Shown piece by piece: positions 28,216 to 38,555 of a stretch of DNA of 64,000 bases (position 1 is the first letter of the stretch; each line of letters begins with the position of its first letter). A program made the translations under genes and the position numbers. The notes below the pieces were generated by a model. It was not told the DNA's origin and did no database searches. It worked only from the letters and a program-made list of their open reading frames with translations. Source of the stretch: Cyanobacteriota bacterium (GTDB taxonomy: Bacteria > Cyanobacteriota > Vampirovibrionia > JBFMGH01); the NCBI GenBank assembly GCA_040752795.1, contig JBFMGH010000264.1, positions 37,978-101,977 of the forward strand, in the 5' to 3' direction.

Positions 28216-29442
28216 TTAACCTTTGCTTCTAAGAATAGCCCACCTATAATCATCAAGTTTTTCGGGAATATTTAAAAAAACTTCGTCATTAGTATTAGCA
28301 ACTTCTACTTTCTCGCCATGTTTGTTGATTATATGTTCTATTGTACCTGTATAAGAGTTATTTGGGGTTATCCATTCGACGAGGTCATTCAATTTTATTT
28401 GATTTCTTGCACGAGTTAATAAATTCCCGTCTATAATTCTATCAGAAAGACTAGTGCCTAGGAATTTGAGACCGGCTTTTCCTTTACTAGTTTCGTAGTC
28501 ATAATCTTTGCTTTCTGGTTTACCAAGTATGAAATTTGTCGTAAAACCTCGGTTACCCGCAGTCTTTAGTTCTCTAATTTGACTTAAATAGTCAACTTTC
28601 TCATTTTTTAATATTTTGTCAATTATTTTTTTATAGGTTCTTGCAACAACTGCGACATAGTAGAGACTTTTAGTCCTGCCCTCAACTTTGAAGGAATCTA
28701 TACCAATATCTATAAATTCTTTAATATGTTCAGCCAGGCATAGGTCTTTAGAATTCATTATATAAGAGCCGTTGTTGTCTTCGTTAACCTGAAAATATTC
28801 ACCAGGTCTGTTTTCTTCCATTAAATAATATTTCCACCTGCAGGGTTGTGCACAACCACCCTGGTTTGATTTTCTTGTATTATCTGTCATGTAGTCACTC
28901 ATTAAGCATCGTCCAGAGTATGATATGCATAATGAACCATGTATGAATACTTCAAGTTCTAGAGATGGCACTTTGATTTTTATTTCTTCTATTTCAGGCA
29001 GTGATAACTCTCTTGCAAGTATAATTCTTGCTACTCCAAAATCGTGCCAGGCTTGAGCTGATGCGTAATTGCAAGTGTTAGCCTGTGTGCTAAGGTGCAA
29101 AGGAATCTCTGGTGCATATTTTTTAATTAAACTTCCTACCCCAATATCACTAAATATAATGGCATCAGGTTTTAGATCAGATAAATATTCCACGTATTCT
29201 GGTAATGCATTAATGTCTTTGTTGTGAGCATAGATGTTAATAGTTACGTATACATTTGTATTCATATCATGAGCTATTTTTATACATTCATTCAAATTAT
29301 CTTGTGTTATTGTCTCTCCTTTGGTGACGTTTCTAAGGCTGTAATCAGTTGTGCCCAGATATACAGCATCTGCTCCATAATGAAGAGCATATTTCAGTTT
29401 TTCCAGGTTGCCTGCAGGCATTAATAGTTCTGGTTTATTCAT
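28216..29442 (-). CDS. Peptidase U32 family protein (collagenase-like; members of this family function in RNA modification)
   Basis: The N-terminal PELLMPAGNLEKLKYALHYGADAVYLG signature and a Cys-containing core (GSLCISYSGRC) fit U32. The likely start is MNKPELL (29442) rather than the longest ORF (29481). Confidence 0.85.
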   Translation of the reverse strand: MNKPELLMPAGNLEKLKYALHYGADAVYLGTTDYSLRNVTKGETITQDNLNECIKIAHDMNTNVYVTINIYAHNKDINALPEYVEYLSDLKPDAIIFSDIGVGSLIKKYAPEIPLHLSTQANTCNYASAQAWHDFGVARIILARELSLPEIEEIKIKVPSLELEVFIHGSLCISYSGRCLMSDYMTDNTRKSNQGGCAQPCRWKYYLMEENRPGEYFQVNEDNNGSYIMNSKDLCLAEHIKEFIDIGIDSFKVEGRTKSLYYVAVVARTYKKIIDKILKNEKVDYLSQIRELKTAGNRGFTTNFILGKPESKDYDYETSKGKAGLKFLGTSLSDRIIDGNLLTRARNQIKLNDLVEWITPNNSYTGTIEHIINKHGEKVEVANTNDEVFLNIPEKLDDYRWAILRSKG

Positions 29443-30583
29443 TGTTATCCGGTGTATTCTCTTTATTTTTATCTGAAACATCTATGTTATCTAGCTGGGA
29501 GCATGAATTTAAACTTTTACCAGGGGTTCCTAACATCATTCTTGGTAGAAGAAATCGTTTACTTAATGTTGAGCTAAGGCCTTTTCCAACACAGTTTAGT
29601 CTTTGAATGCTTTCGTTAGATGTTTTAATAATCTCTTTTAAATCTGATTTTATTTCTTTATCACCTGTTATATCCTGGACATCTGTCAGTATTTCAGACA
29701 TTTTTTGCATGTTCTCTCTTAAACTTCCATGCAAATCAGGGTTATTAATTGTATTATCTAGATTTGTTACAGTATTATTAAGGTTGTCAACTGTATTTGA
29801 TGATTTATCGACAAGTGTACCTGTTTTGTCTACAATTATTTCTGATTTATCTACAACTTTATTAAGGTTTTGCATTGCCTGGTTGGTATTAGCTATACTT
29901 TGTTTTATGTTTGTAGAAACTTTTTTATCGCCAATTATGTTGTTCAGGTGCTTACTGGTGACCTCCAGGCTTCTTGAAAGTTTTGTAGTGTCTTCCAGAA
30001 ACTTATTAAGTTTTTGGCCGCTTTCCTGGTTTAGCACGGTTTCAGTATTATCTGCCAGGGTATCAAGTTTTCCAGTAAGGTCATTAGTGTTTTTAAGCAG
30101 TAAATGCATTTCTCTGATTATTTCTTCCAGTGTAAACTCGTCAGATAATTTAGTGAGTGTTCTTTGGAATTCATCAAGGGTAAATGATCTTCTTCCTTCT
30201 ATTATTGCCCCTTTTGTAAGGACTTTTTTATCTGTAATATTGTCAGGTGGGGTTATTGCAAGTGCTTTTGTGCCTGTAAAACCTTTGTCTACAACTGAAG
30301 CTACTGAACCTTCATAGATTTTAATCTCTTTATTTGTAATGTTTATCTTTACAAGAGCGTATTCCTGGTCTTTTGATATAACAATATCGTAAATAGTACC
30401 AGCTTTAACACCTCTGTATAAAACGCTTGATCCAATACTAAGTGTTCCTACGTCTTTAAATCTGGCAGAAATTTGTAAATAGGATGACATATCAAATTTG
30501 TGAAGCCAGAGTATAACGTAAACAAGTAATGCTATACTGGCTATTATAAATAATCCGACTTTTATTTCATGTTGTAGCTTCAT
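29435..30583 (-). CDS. MlaD/MCE-domain protein with a long C-terminal coiled-coil extension (ABC transporter periplasmic component)
   Basis: An N-terminal TM helix precedes an MCE domain (FKDVGTLSIGSSVLYRGVKAGTIYDIVI...) and about 250 aa of heptad-rich sequence. It is downstream of the MlaE and MlaF homologs. Confidence 0.75.
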   Translation of the reverse strand: MKLQHEIKVGLFIIASIALLVYVILWLHKFDMSSYLQISARFKDVGTLSIGSSVLYRGVKAGTIYDIVISKDQEYALVKINITNKEIKIYEGSVASVVDKGFTGTKALAITPPDNITDKKVLTKGAIIEGRRSFTLDEFQRTLTKLSDEFTLEEIIREMHLLLKNTNDLTGKLDTLADNTETVLNQESGQKLNKFLEDTTKLSRSLEVTSKHLNNIIGDKKVSTNIKQSIANTNQAMQNLNKVVDKSEIIVDKTGTLVDKSSNTVDNLNNTVTNLDNTINNPDLHGSLRENMQKMSEILTDVQDITGDKEIKSDLKEIIKTSNESIQRLNCVGKGLSSTLSKRFLLPRMMLGTPGKSLNSCSQLDNIDVSDKNKENTPDNNE

Positions 30584-30595
30584 ATTTTATACCTT

Positions 30596-31342
30596 TTAAG
30601 TTTCCTGGTGCGGACAAATTGTTATAGGACCATTACAAAGTCCGTTTGAGAATTGTATTGCATAGGGGTTATCTGAATTCATCAGCTCATATGGGGTTCC
30701 CTTAAATACCAGATTACCGTTATATAGCAATATTACTTTATCAGCGGCTTTCGATATAGTTGGCACGTCATGAGTAACTATTATACCTGCTGCAGATAGT
30801 TTTTTCTTTAAGAGGCAAACGTCATTTATAATCATTGTTGATGTCATTGGATCCAGACCTGATGTAGGTTCATCGTAGAGTATTATATCAGGGTCAGTTA
30901 CAACAGCTCTTGCAAAGCTAACTCTTTTCTGCATTCCTCCGGATAATTCTGGGGGGAAAAGACTCTCAGTACCTTTTAACCCAACATTTTCAAGGGCTTT
31001 TAATACTCTATGATTTATTTCGTCTTCTGACATCTTTGTTTTTTTTCTTAGAGGTAAGGCAATGTTTTCTTTTACCGTTAAAAAGTTTAATAGTGCACCA
31101 AATTGAAAAGCCATACCCTTCTTTGTACTAGATAAAGTTATCTCTCCTGTATCAGCGTCAAGTAATCCGCTAACTATTTTTAAAATAGTGCTTTTTCCAG
31201 CTCCTGAAGGGCCTATTACAGCAAGTAATTCACCTTTGTCAATAGAGAAGGATACTCCATTTAGCACAACTTTAGAGCCAAATGCCTTATAAACATTATC
31301 GAAATATATTACATGTTTAGCTGCTGGGTCTACTTTTATCAA
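30596..31342 (-). CDS. MlaF-like ABC transporter ATP-binding protein
   Basis: Walker A GPSGAGKST, signature LSGGMQKRVSFARA and Walker B ILYDEPTSGLD are present. The start is probably TTG at 31342, overlapping the TGA stop of the upstream permease (TTGA, translational coupling). The longest ORF extends to 31408. Confidence 0.85.
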   Translation of the reverse strand: MIKVDPAAKHVIYFDNVYKAFGSKVVLNGVSFSIDKGELLAVIGPSGAGKSTILKIVSGLLDADTGEITLSSTKKGMAFQFGALLNFLTVKENIALPLRKKTKMSEDEINHRVLKALENVGLKGTESLFPPELSGGMQKRVSFARAVVTDPDIILYDEPTSGLDPMTSTMIINDVCLLKKKLSAAGIIVTHDVPTISKAADKVILLYNGNLVFKGTPYELMNSDNPYAIQFSNGLCNGPITICPHQET

Positions 31343-32148
31343 TGTAAGGCTCCGTAGAATATGCTTGTAATGATATAGTTTGCTATAAATATAACTATTA
31401 AGCTCCATACTACTGTTTTTGTAGTGTAATAGCCTACTGCATCTGCACCTCCTGTTACATTGAGCCCAAATGTACTTGCTATAGTTACAATAAGAATTCC
31501 AAATACTGAAGCTTTAAGCATGGCAACAATCACGTCTTTTGTTTGAAGCATTTCCTGAACTGATTCTAAATAAATTGAAAACTCCAGTCCTTTATAAAAA
31601 TAACTAAGATACATAGCTGATAAAATAGCAGCTACGCAGGCTACAATAGTCAGCAAAGGTGCTATAGATGCACCAGCCATTAATCTTGGTACAACTAAAT
31701 AATCTATTGGGTCTATGTCCATTACTCTCAGTGCGTCTATTTGTTCTGTAACTTTCATAGAGCCTATTTCAGCTGTTATAGATGCGCCAACTCTACCTGC
31801 TATAACAATGGCAGTTACTACCGGTGCAAGCTCCCTTGTTATTGCAAGAGCTATAAGCCCACCTACAGCTGTTTCCGCACCATATGTTTCTATAAGTTCG
31901 TTTGTCATGTGGAGTGCAAGTGCCATACCTATAAATGTGCAGGTTATAAGTATGAGTATAATGGAGTCTACCCCGCGAGTTGAAGCCTGATAAATAAAAT
32001 CTTTAAAACTAATCTGGCCTTTTAATGTGGTACTAAAAGCCCTGTATAATGTTAAATAGGATTGACCAACAAGAAATAGGAAATTTCTTAGTGGTCCGCT
32101 TGAAATTCTTTTTATTGTACCCTTTATATTTATTTCCTGTACTGACAT
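31339..32148 (-). CDS. MlaE-like ABC transporter permease
   Basis: 269 aa with 5-6 TM helices. It is the typical MlaE/Ttg2B family and is adjacent to the ATPase and MCE components. Confidence 0.85.
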   Translation of the reverse strand: MSVQEINIKGTIKRISSGPLRNFLFLVGQSYLTLYRAFSTTLKGQISFKDFIYQASTRGVDSIILILITCTFIGMALALHMTNELIETYGAETAVGGLIALAITRELAPVVTAIVIAGRVGASITAEIGSMKVTEQIDALRVMDIDPIDYLVVPRLMAGASIAPLLTIVACVAAILSAMYLSYFYKGLEFSIYLESVQEMLQTKDVIVAMLKASVFGILIVTIASTFGLNVTGGADAVGYYTTKTVVWSLIVIFIANYIITSIFYGALH

Positions 32149-32277
32149 CTTAAATCTATAAACTTAGTAATCTATCCTTTTTTATCACAAAAGAAGTTGT
32201 TGTACTAAGTTAGAAACTACTTTGTTCAAAACATATCTATAGCAGGTTATATGTTGTTTCGAGGGAAATAAACTATT

Positions 32278-34695
32278 TTATTTCCTTCTTTGATATTTTG
32301 TTGCTTCTTTATGCCTTGCGTATGCCAGTATAGAAGAAATTTGATTTAAATAATCTGTAAGTAATCTGACTCTTCCTGGCCTAAGATTATTTTCAAAACT
32401 AAGCCAATCTTTAACCAGGTTAGATAGTTCAATTGATTTTTCGTAAGCTACATCCATTTTACGTTCTGATGGATTAATTGTAGCCTCTTGAATTAATGTA
32501 TATAGATCTTGAGCAGTATTTTTTACCTTGTCTTCATCGTCTTTAGACATACAGAAAATCTTACCATTGTTTATAAAACGATGTACTCTTACTAGAAAAT
32601 CTTCTAAAAGCAGGCTACTAGCTTTCATAGGGTCTCTATTAGGAATAACAAGGCTTTTATTTCTGTATGGACCAGTTTCAAGAATATCTAATTTATCATT
32701 ATTTAGATGAGCCATAGCAAATATAGTATTACCGACCATTCCCAGACTTCTAACTGTATCAAGTTGCTCAAGGAATCCAGCGGTATCTAATTGCCTTATC
32801 GCTAGGCCAGGATATATAAGTGCTTTGTTGTTACTTGTTTCATTGACATAACCAGCTAATTCTGTAAGTGATTCTGTGTTAGTAGCATAGCTCATTGGAC
32901 TTAGTGTATCTATCCATCCATTATCAATCCATTTTTCCCAATCCTGTTGAATTGTTGCCATTCGTCTTCTTTCATTGCCGGCATATACAGCAGCTGAGAT
33001 CTGCAAGCCTGGTTTTGCTTTTCTTAATTCTTCGGATGCCTCTTTTACAAAAAGAGATACTTTATCTGTTTTCCAATCTCTCCAGGCTTTTAATGTTTCG
33101 CTATTTAAGCTATCTAAACTGTAGCCAGTTTCTTTTTCGAAGAGTTCTCTGCCTACAAAGTCAAATCCCATGTTTGTTGTATCTGATTGAAAAGGGTATC
33201 TAATATAATCAAGTTGGATTCCATCTACATCGTATTTAGTAACAACTTCTTTAAGAACGTTTAACAAAAATTTCTGAACGTCAGGGTTGGCCGGATTAAC
33301 CCAGTATTCTGTCTGATTGGGAGGTAACATATTTCCATTTGGCCCTAAAAGCGCACCTTCGTAAAAATTATTAGATATTACTGGCCCTGGATAGTTTTGA
33401 GGCTTGTTAATTAAAACATTGTGTCTTGTATTTCCTACTGCAAAAACCCAGATCCAGGCGTGCAGTTCCATTTCTCTTTTGTGAGCCTCTTCAATTGCAG
33501 ATTTAAGGGGGTCATATCCTTTGGTTAAAGGGTTCTGCTCAATATAGTCGCTGGGATATATTGGAAAACCAGCATTAATAGTTTCTAAATATACTACATT
33601 AATTCCTGCTTCTTCTATTTTATCAAATAGCTTCTTCATATCTTCTGGTTTTTTAACTGATACTATAGTACCTCTGTCAAGCCATAGTGCTCTGCCCTCA
33701 ACAAGCCTGGATGGTATTGCTCTTGCATAAGCCTCAATGATTGATTTTTTTGCATTGTCAAATTCTTTTTGAGCATTAGCATAGCGTCTATCTGTATAAT
33801 GCATTTGAAATAAAGCTTTATGTACATCAGACATATACATTTGCTCTTGTATTTTTGTCAAAGGAACAGAAAGATCAGCCTGAATTACAGTTGATAATGC
33901 TCCTCCAGCAGAATTATGGAGTTCTGTTATCTCTTCAATATATTCGTTGTACTTTGTTGGTGTTATTTTTACCGTCTCTAAGCTTGTTAAACCAGGTATT
34001 AAGCTGTTTATAACACTTTTGATAGCGAATGAATTAAATGTTATATTGCCTTCAGTGCCCCATAACCAGCTTATATAACAACCTCTGTCGGATTTTGTTA
34101 CGGCAGGAACGTCTTCTAATTCGTCGTTAGACCATTCTGCAATTACTTCTGTATTACTTTCTGGACCAATTAAAATTATTCTGGAGCTTGGTGGAAACGA
34201 ATTTTCTTTAGGTTTTATTTTTCCTGCTTTCCAGTTAACTTTTGCTTCAGAACCTAAATGTAATGATCTTTTAAAATTAACACCAGTTATTTCAGCAAGA
34301 TTTATAGCTGAACTGGTAAGTTTTCCGCCGGGATCACTAACTATAATTTTACCACCTCTATCTGTGTAATTTTCAATCCCTTTTAAAACAGATGCTGGTA
34401 ACTTTAACCCCATTGGAAGTATTATAATTTTAAATTTATCCGGGCTCACTCCATTTGCTATTTCACTTTCTGTAATGATTTCATACTTCATATTAGTATG
34501 ATTTAATGTGTTAGTGATGTCTTTAAAAATCTCATTAAAAGGTCCCAGGTGTTGTATAGCATATTCACCGGCACTTGATGTGCTTTTAAGTACTGCTATA
34601 GAGGATTTTTCATCTCCAGCAAAACAACTATTTGAATTAAATAGAAGTACTAAAACCGATACCAGTACCAAGATAACAATTTTATAAAGTCTCAT
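32278..34695 (-). CDS. Secreted GHL10/DUF187-family (YngK-like) putative glycoside hydrolase, with a large N-terminal extra domain
   Basis: There is a signal peptide (MRLYKIVILVLVSVLVLLFNSNSCFA) with a good RBS (aaaggaaa) before ATG 34695. The central TIM-barrel-like region (GRALWLDRGTI...GINVVYLETINAGFPIYPS...ELHAWIWVFAVGN) resembles GHL10 hypothetical glycosyl hydrolases. Confidence 0.6.
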   Translation of the reverse strand: MRLYKIVILVLVSVLVLLFNSNSCFAGDEKSSIAVLKSTSSAGEYAIQHLGPFNEIFKDITNTLNHTNMKYEIITESEIANGVSPDKFKIIILPMGLKLPASVLKGIENYTDRGGKIIVSDPGGKLTSSAINLAEITGVNFKRSLHLGSEAKVNWKAGKIKPKENSFPPSSRIILIGPESNTEVIAEWSNDELEDVPAVTKSDRGCYISWLWGTEGNITFNSFAIKSVINSLIPGLTSLETVKITPTKYNEYIEEITELHNSAGGALSTVIQADLSVPLTKIQEQMYMSDVHKALFQMHYTDRRYANAQKEFDNAKKSIIEAYARAIPSRLVEGRALWLDRGTIVSVKKPEDMKKLFDKIEEAGINVVYLETINAGFPIYPSDYIEQNPLTKGYDPLKSAIEEAHKREMELHAWIWVFAVGNTRHNVLINKPQNYPGPVISNNFYEGALLGPNGNMLPPNQTEYWVNPANPDVQKFLLNVLKEVVTKYDVDGIQLDYIRYPFQSDTTNMGFDFVGRELFEKETGYSLDSLNSETLKAWRDWKTDKVSLFVKEASEELRKAKPGLQISAAVYAGNERRRMATIQQDWEKWIDNGWIDTLSPMSYATNTESLTELAGYVNETSNNKALIYPGLAIRQLDTAGFLEQLDTVRSLGMVGNTIFAMAHLNNDKLDILETGPYRNKSLVIPNRDPMKASSLLLEDFLVRVHRFINNGKIFCMSKDDEDKVKNTAQDLYTLIQEATINPSERKMDVAYEKSIELSNLVKDWLSFENNLRPGRVRLLTDYLNQISSILAYARHKEATKYQRRK

Positions 34696-34849
34696 GAATG
34701 AATTTCCTTTTAAGCCTGACACCATGGAATATTTTAATTCGATTAGAAAAAATATCAAACTATATTTAATTTCTTTACTTATTGAAATAAACTAAACATA
34801 TTCATAATGTTTAAGTGCCTGGTAATTCATCTGTAATATTCTTATTAAC

Positions 34850-36421
34850 TTATGTTAAACGTTTGTTTTCGGCTTCTAGCTCAGCTTTGAGTACACTATT
34901 TCTACTTCCATAACCCCAATATATTAGTAGGCCTATAATAGTCCATACAACATAGAATATAAATGTGTAAATTAGTGGAGATTCAGGATTTACAAATGTG
35001 TATATCATTAATATTAAGTTTAATAAAACACCAAGTATGGGTATGGTTGGGAAAAAGGGTATTCTAAAAGGTCTTTCTCTGTCAGGGTCAATATATCTGA
35101 GTACCATTACACCTGTGCAAACCATTGCAAAAGCAGCTAAAACGCCTATGTTAGCTAATTCTGCTGATTTATTAATGTCGAAAAACAATGTGCCTACTAC
35201 AGTTATTATACCTGTAATTACAGTTGCTACGTGTGGTGTTTTAAATTTAGGGTGTATTTTACTGAAAGCTTTAGGTAATAAACCATCCCTTGATATAGCA
35301 AACAGAATACGGCTTAATCCGAGTAATTGTACCAGTATAACAGAGAATAAACCTACTACAGCACCAATAGAAATCAGACCTGCTACCCAATTCTGATTTA
35401 TGTAGTTCATTGCTGCTGCTATTGGTGCATGTGTATCTATGTTTTGCCAGGGAACTATGCCTGTTAGTACAGCTGCAACAAGAATATATATTACCGTACA
35501 TATAGACAGTGATCCAAGAATGCCAATAGGTAGATCTCTTGATGGGTTTTTGGTCTCTTCTGCGGTGGTAGAAATTATTTCAAAACCAACATATGCAAAG
35601 AAGACTAAAAATGCTCCCATAAATACCCCCGGAAATCCATTTGGTAAAAAAGGAGTCCAGTTTTCAGGTTGAACATAAAAGGCTCCAAAAATTATAAAAA
35701 ATATAATTACTGCAACTTTTAGTAATACCATAGCTGTTGCGACATGGGCACTTTCTTCAATTCCTATATATAATAGTGCTGTAGTTACTATAATAAGAAT
35801 AATTGCTGGCAAATTAATGCTAAAAGGAATAGTACCAAAGATCATAGGAAAATCTGGTTGAACACCCATGCTTTCATACATGTGAGATGCTGAATAGTAG
35901 TCATAGGCCAACCATAATGGAGGATGACAGAGCCAATCTGGTAGGTGCAAAAAACCTTGATAGCCCTGGAATAGCTGGAAAAGATAGCCAGACCACCCGC
36001 ATACAATGGTTATATTACCTATGCCTAGCCCCAGTATAAGTGTCCATGCTAGTAGCCATGCTACAAACTCACCTAATGTACTGTATGTATAGGTGTAAGA
36101 GCTGCCAGCTATTGGTATCATTGATGCAAATTCAGCATAGCATAAACCTGTTAGTGCACAGAGAGTACCTGATAGGACAAAAGAAAGTATAAGACCAGGG
36201 CCTGCCCCGACATGGCCTTCAGAACCTGCTGCTGCTGTGCCTGCAAGGGTAAAAATACCTGCCCCAATAATAGTTCCTATACCTAAGACTACAAGATCAA
36301 AGGCCCCTAAAACTCTTTTTAGTTTTTCTCCCTTGCCTTCAACATCTGCTAGCATTTTATCAAGGTTTTTTCGTCTGAATATTCCAGTATAAACTTTTTT
36401 TTGAGTATTTTCTGAAGTCAT
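34850..36421 (-). CDS. APC-superfamily amino acid permease (cationic amino acid transporter-like), paralog A
   Basis: About 12 TM helices, with the conserved N-terminus LKRVLGAFDLVVLGIGTIIGAGIF and the FAYVGFEIISTTAEETKNPSRDLP motif. Confidence 0.85.
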   Translation of the reverse strand: MTSENTQKKVYTGIFRRKNLDKMLADVEGKGEKLKRVLGAFDLVVLGIGTIIGAGIFTLAGTAAAGSEGHVGAGPGLILSFVLSGTLCALTGLCYAEFASMIPIAGSSYTYTYSTLGEFVAWLLAWTLILGLGIGNITIVCGWSGYLFQLFQGYQGFLHLPDWLCHPPLWLAYDYYSASHMYESMGVQPDFPMIFGTIPFSINLPAIILIIVTTALLYIGIEESAHVATAMVLLKVAVIIFFIIFGAFYVQPENWTPFLPNGFPGVFMGAFLVFFAYVGFEIISTTAEETKNPSRDLPIGILGSLSICTVIYILVAAVLTGIVPWQNIDTHAPIAAAMNYINQNWVAGLISIGAVVGLFSVILVQLLGLSRILFAISRDGLLPKAFSKIHPKFKTPHVATVITGIITVVGTLFFDINKSAELANIGVLAAFAMVCTGVMVLRYIDPDRERPFRIPFFPTIPILGVLLNLILMIYTFVNPESPLIYTFIFYVVWTIIGLLIYWGYGSRNSVLKAELEAENKRLT

Positions 36422-36520
36422 TTAATCTCTCCAAAGAGTTTTCTATGCATAATATATGCATTGTATTGTTAATTTTTCTACTTTTGTATATTAATCAGTT
36501 TTAACTCCATGAAAAAGCTT

Positions 36521-38125
36521 TTAGCTTGCTTCCGCAGACATAGCCTGGTTTTCTTCTTCCTCTAGTTCAGCCTTGAGTGTACTATGAGATCTGCCATGTA
36601 TGAAATATACTGAAATACCTACACCCAGCCAGGCTGCATAGTAAAGTAACAGTGGTGATTCTGTATTAAATAAAGTAAAAATGATTAAACTTGAGCTCAT
36701 TAAGGCCCCTATGGTTGGTAAAGCAGGTGCAAGTGGCATCCGGAAGGGTCTTTCTTTATGAGGCTCTGTATATCTCAAAATAACTATGCCGGCACAAACT
36801 ACTGTAAATGCTGTTAATGTACCTATGTTGCAGAGCTCTGCAGCTTTGTTAATATCTATAAAGAAGGTACAAATGGCAACAAAAGACCCTACGCAAATTG
36901 TTAATATGTGTGGTGTATGATATTTATTGTGTATCTTACTGAAAACTTTTGGAAGTAAACCATCTCTAGCCATTGCAAATAAAACACGAGTAACAGCCAT
37001 AAGTTGCACCAGAATTACAGAAGATAGACCTGCTACAGCTCCAATCGAAATAACACCAGCAGCCCAGTTAATACCTACCTGTGCCATTGCTGTTGCAATA
37101 GGTGAATGTGTATCAATTTTATTCCATGGAACCATACCAGTTAATACTGCAGCAACGAGTATATAGATTATAGTACAGACTACCAGTGAGGTGATGATCC
37201 CTATAGGTAGATCTCTTGAAGGATTTTTAGTTTCTTCTGCTGTTGTAGCAACCATGTCAAACCCCATATAAGCAAAAAATACAAGGAAGGCCCCCATTAC
37301 AACACCTGTAAAACCATTGGGCATAAAAGGAGACCAGTTAGCTGGTTGTACGAAAAATGCACCACCAACAATGAAAGCAAAAATAACAACAAGTTTTATT
37401 AAAACCATTACAGCTGCCATTCTAGCACTTTCTTGTATACCTATGTAAAGTAAATAAGTACACACTATAATAATAAATAGTGCTGGAAGGTTGAAGCTTA
37501 CTGGTATTCCAAATAACATTGGGAAATCAGGTGTCATATTAGCAGTTTCATAGGCAACAAGTGCAGACTTGTATTCGTAAACCATCCAGAACGGAGGGTG
37601 CACTAACCAGTGAGGCAGGTGAAGTGATTGTTCAAAGCCTCTTAGTAGCTGAAATAAGTATCCTGACCATCCGCAGGCTACGGTAATGCTACCGATTCCA
37701 TATCCAAGTATAAGTACCCAGCCTACGATAAATGCTACTATTTCACCAAGAGTTGTATATGTATAAGTGTAGGCGCTACCTGCTACGGGTATCATTGATG
37801 CAAATTCTGCATAGCAGAGCGCAGTAATTCCACAAATTATTCCTGATAATACAAATGACAGAATCAGTGCAGGCCCGGCTCCTACGTGACCTTCTGATCC
37901 AGCAGCAGCAGTGCCTGAAAGTGTAAATATGCCTGCTCCAATAATAGCGCCAATGCCTAAAATGGTTAAATCAAAAGCCCCAAGAGTCTTTTTTAGCTGT
38001 TCTCCTCCTGCCTCCAGCTTTGCAAGCATTTTGCCAACGTCTTTTTTCTTGAAAACACTTGCACTAGGTTTTTTAACGCTTTGTGTAGAGTTAGACATTT
38101 TCTCCTCCCCGACAGATATAATCAA
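36521..38125 (-). CDS. APC-superfamily amino acid permease, paralog B (tandem duplicate)
   Basis: It is about 65% identical to paralog A and has the same motifs (FAYMGFDMVATTAEETKNPSRDLP). The likely start is the internal MSNSTQ. Confidence 0.85.
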   Translation of the reverse strand: MIISVGEEKMSNSTQSVKKPSASVFKKKDVGKMLAKLEAGGEQLKKTLGAFDLTILGIGAIIGAGIFTLSGTAAAGSEGHVGAGPALILSFVLSGIICGITALCYAEFASMIPVAGSAYTYTYTTLGEIVAFIVGWVLILGYGIGSITVACGWSGYLFQLLRGFEQSLHLPHWLVHPPFWMVYEYKSALVAYETANMTPDFPMLFGIPVSFNLPALFIIIVCTYLLYIGIQESARMAAVMVLIKLVVIFAFIVGGAFFVQPANWSPFMPNGFTGVVMGAFLVFFAYMGFDMVATTAEETKNPSRDLPIGIITSLVVCTIIYILVAAVLTGMVPWNKIDTHSPIATAMAQVGINWAAGVISIGAVAGLSSVILVQLMAVTRVLFAMARDGLLPKVFSKIHNKYHTPHILTICVGSFVAICTFFIDINKAAELCNIGTLTAFTVVCAGIVILRYTEPHKERPFRMPLAPALPTIGALMSSSLIIFTLFNTESPLLLYYAAWLGVGISVYFIHGRSHSTLKAELEEEENQAMSAEAS

Positions 38126-38555
38126 TCATTTGCGTATTATCTTAACAGATGCTTTGGTTATACTAGCACAAACTTTTATTCTTGTTTGTGAAGTTTAAAT
38201 GTTCTTAACTTTCAGTTAATTATTACAAAAGTTATTACAAAATTTTTAATTATTTTAATAACTGTAAAGTTTAAATTAGTGATTAACAAATAATTATGGT
38301 GTTAATTTTTAAATTTAGCATCTTTCTTATCAATTTTGAAATCATTAGCTAAAAATGATTTACAGTAATACGATTTAGCTGATATATTTTTTAACATGAA
38401 TAATTCAGCCTAAAAAACACTATTTGTCTAGTTATTAATTTATTTTTCCATTTTCAAAAATTACAAAAACGACTAAATATATTACAATAGAGTAAGATTT
38501 TTAATGTATAAACTATTAAACGTATTAAATTGCAGTTATAAAGGGCTAGAAGGAT

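Noticed and set aside
29443-29481. 13-codon N-terminal extension of the U32 peptidase ORF, and 31343..31408 extension of the MlaF ORF.
   Set aside because: The conserved family N-termini begin at the internal starts (MNKPELL; TTG overlapping the upstream TGA). The extensions overlap upstream genes.
38301-38330. 15-mer AATTTAGCATCTTTC shared between the 23320 and 38310 intergenic regions, as a conserved regulatory site.
   Set aside because: A single 15-mer match is close to chance expectation in 64 kb of AT-biased DNA, so it is not reported as a feature. It is only mentioned in the low-interest 23040..23447 finding (interest 0.25).
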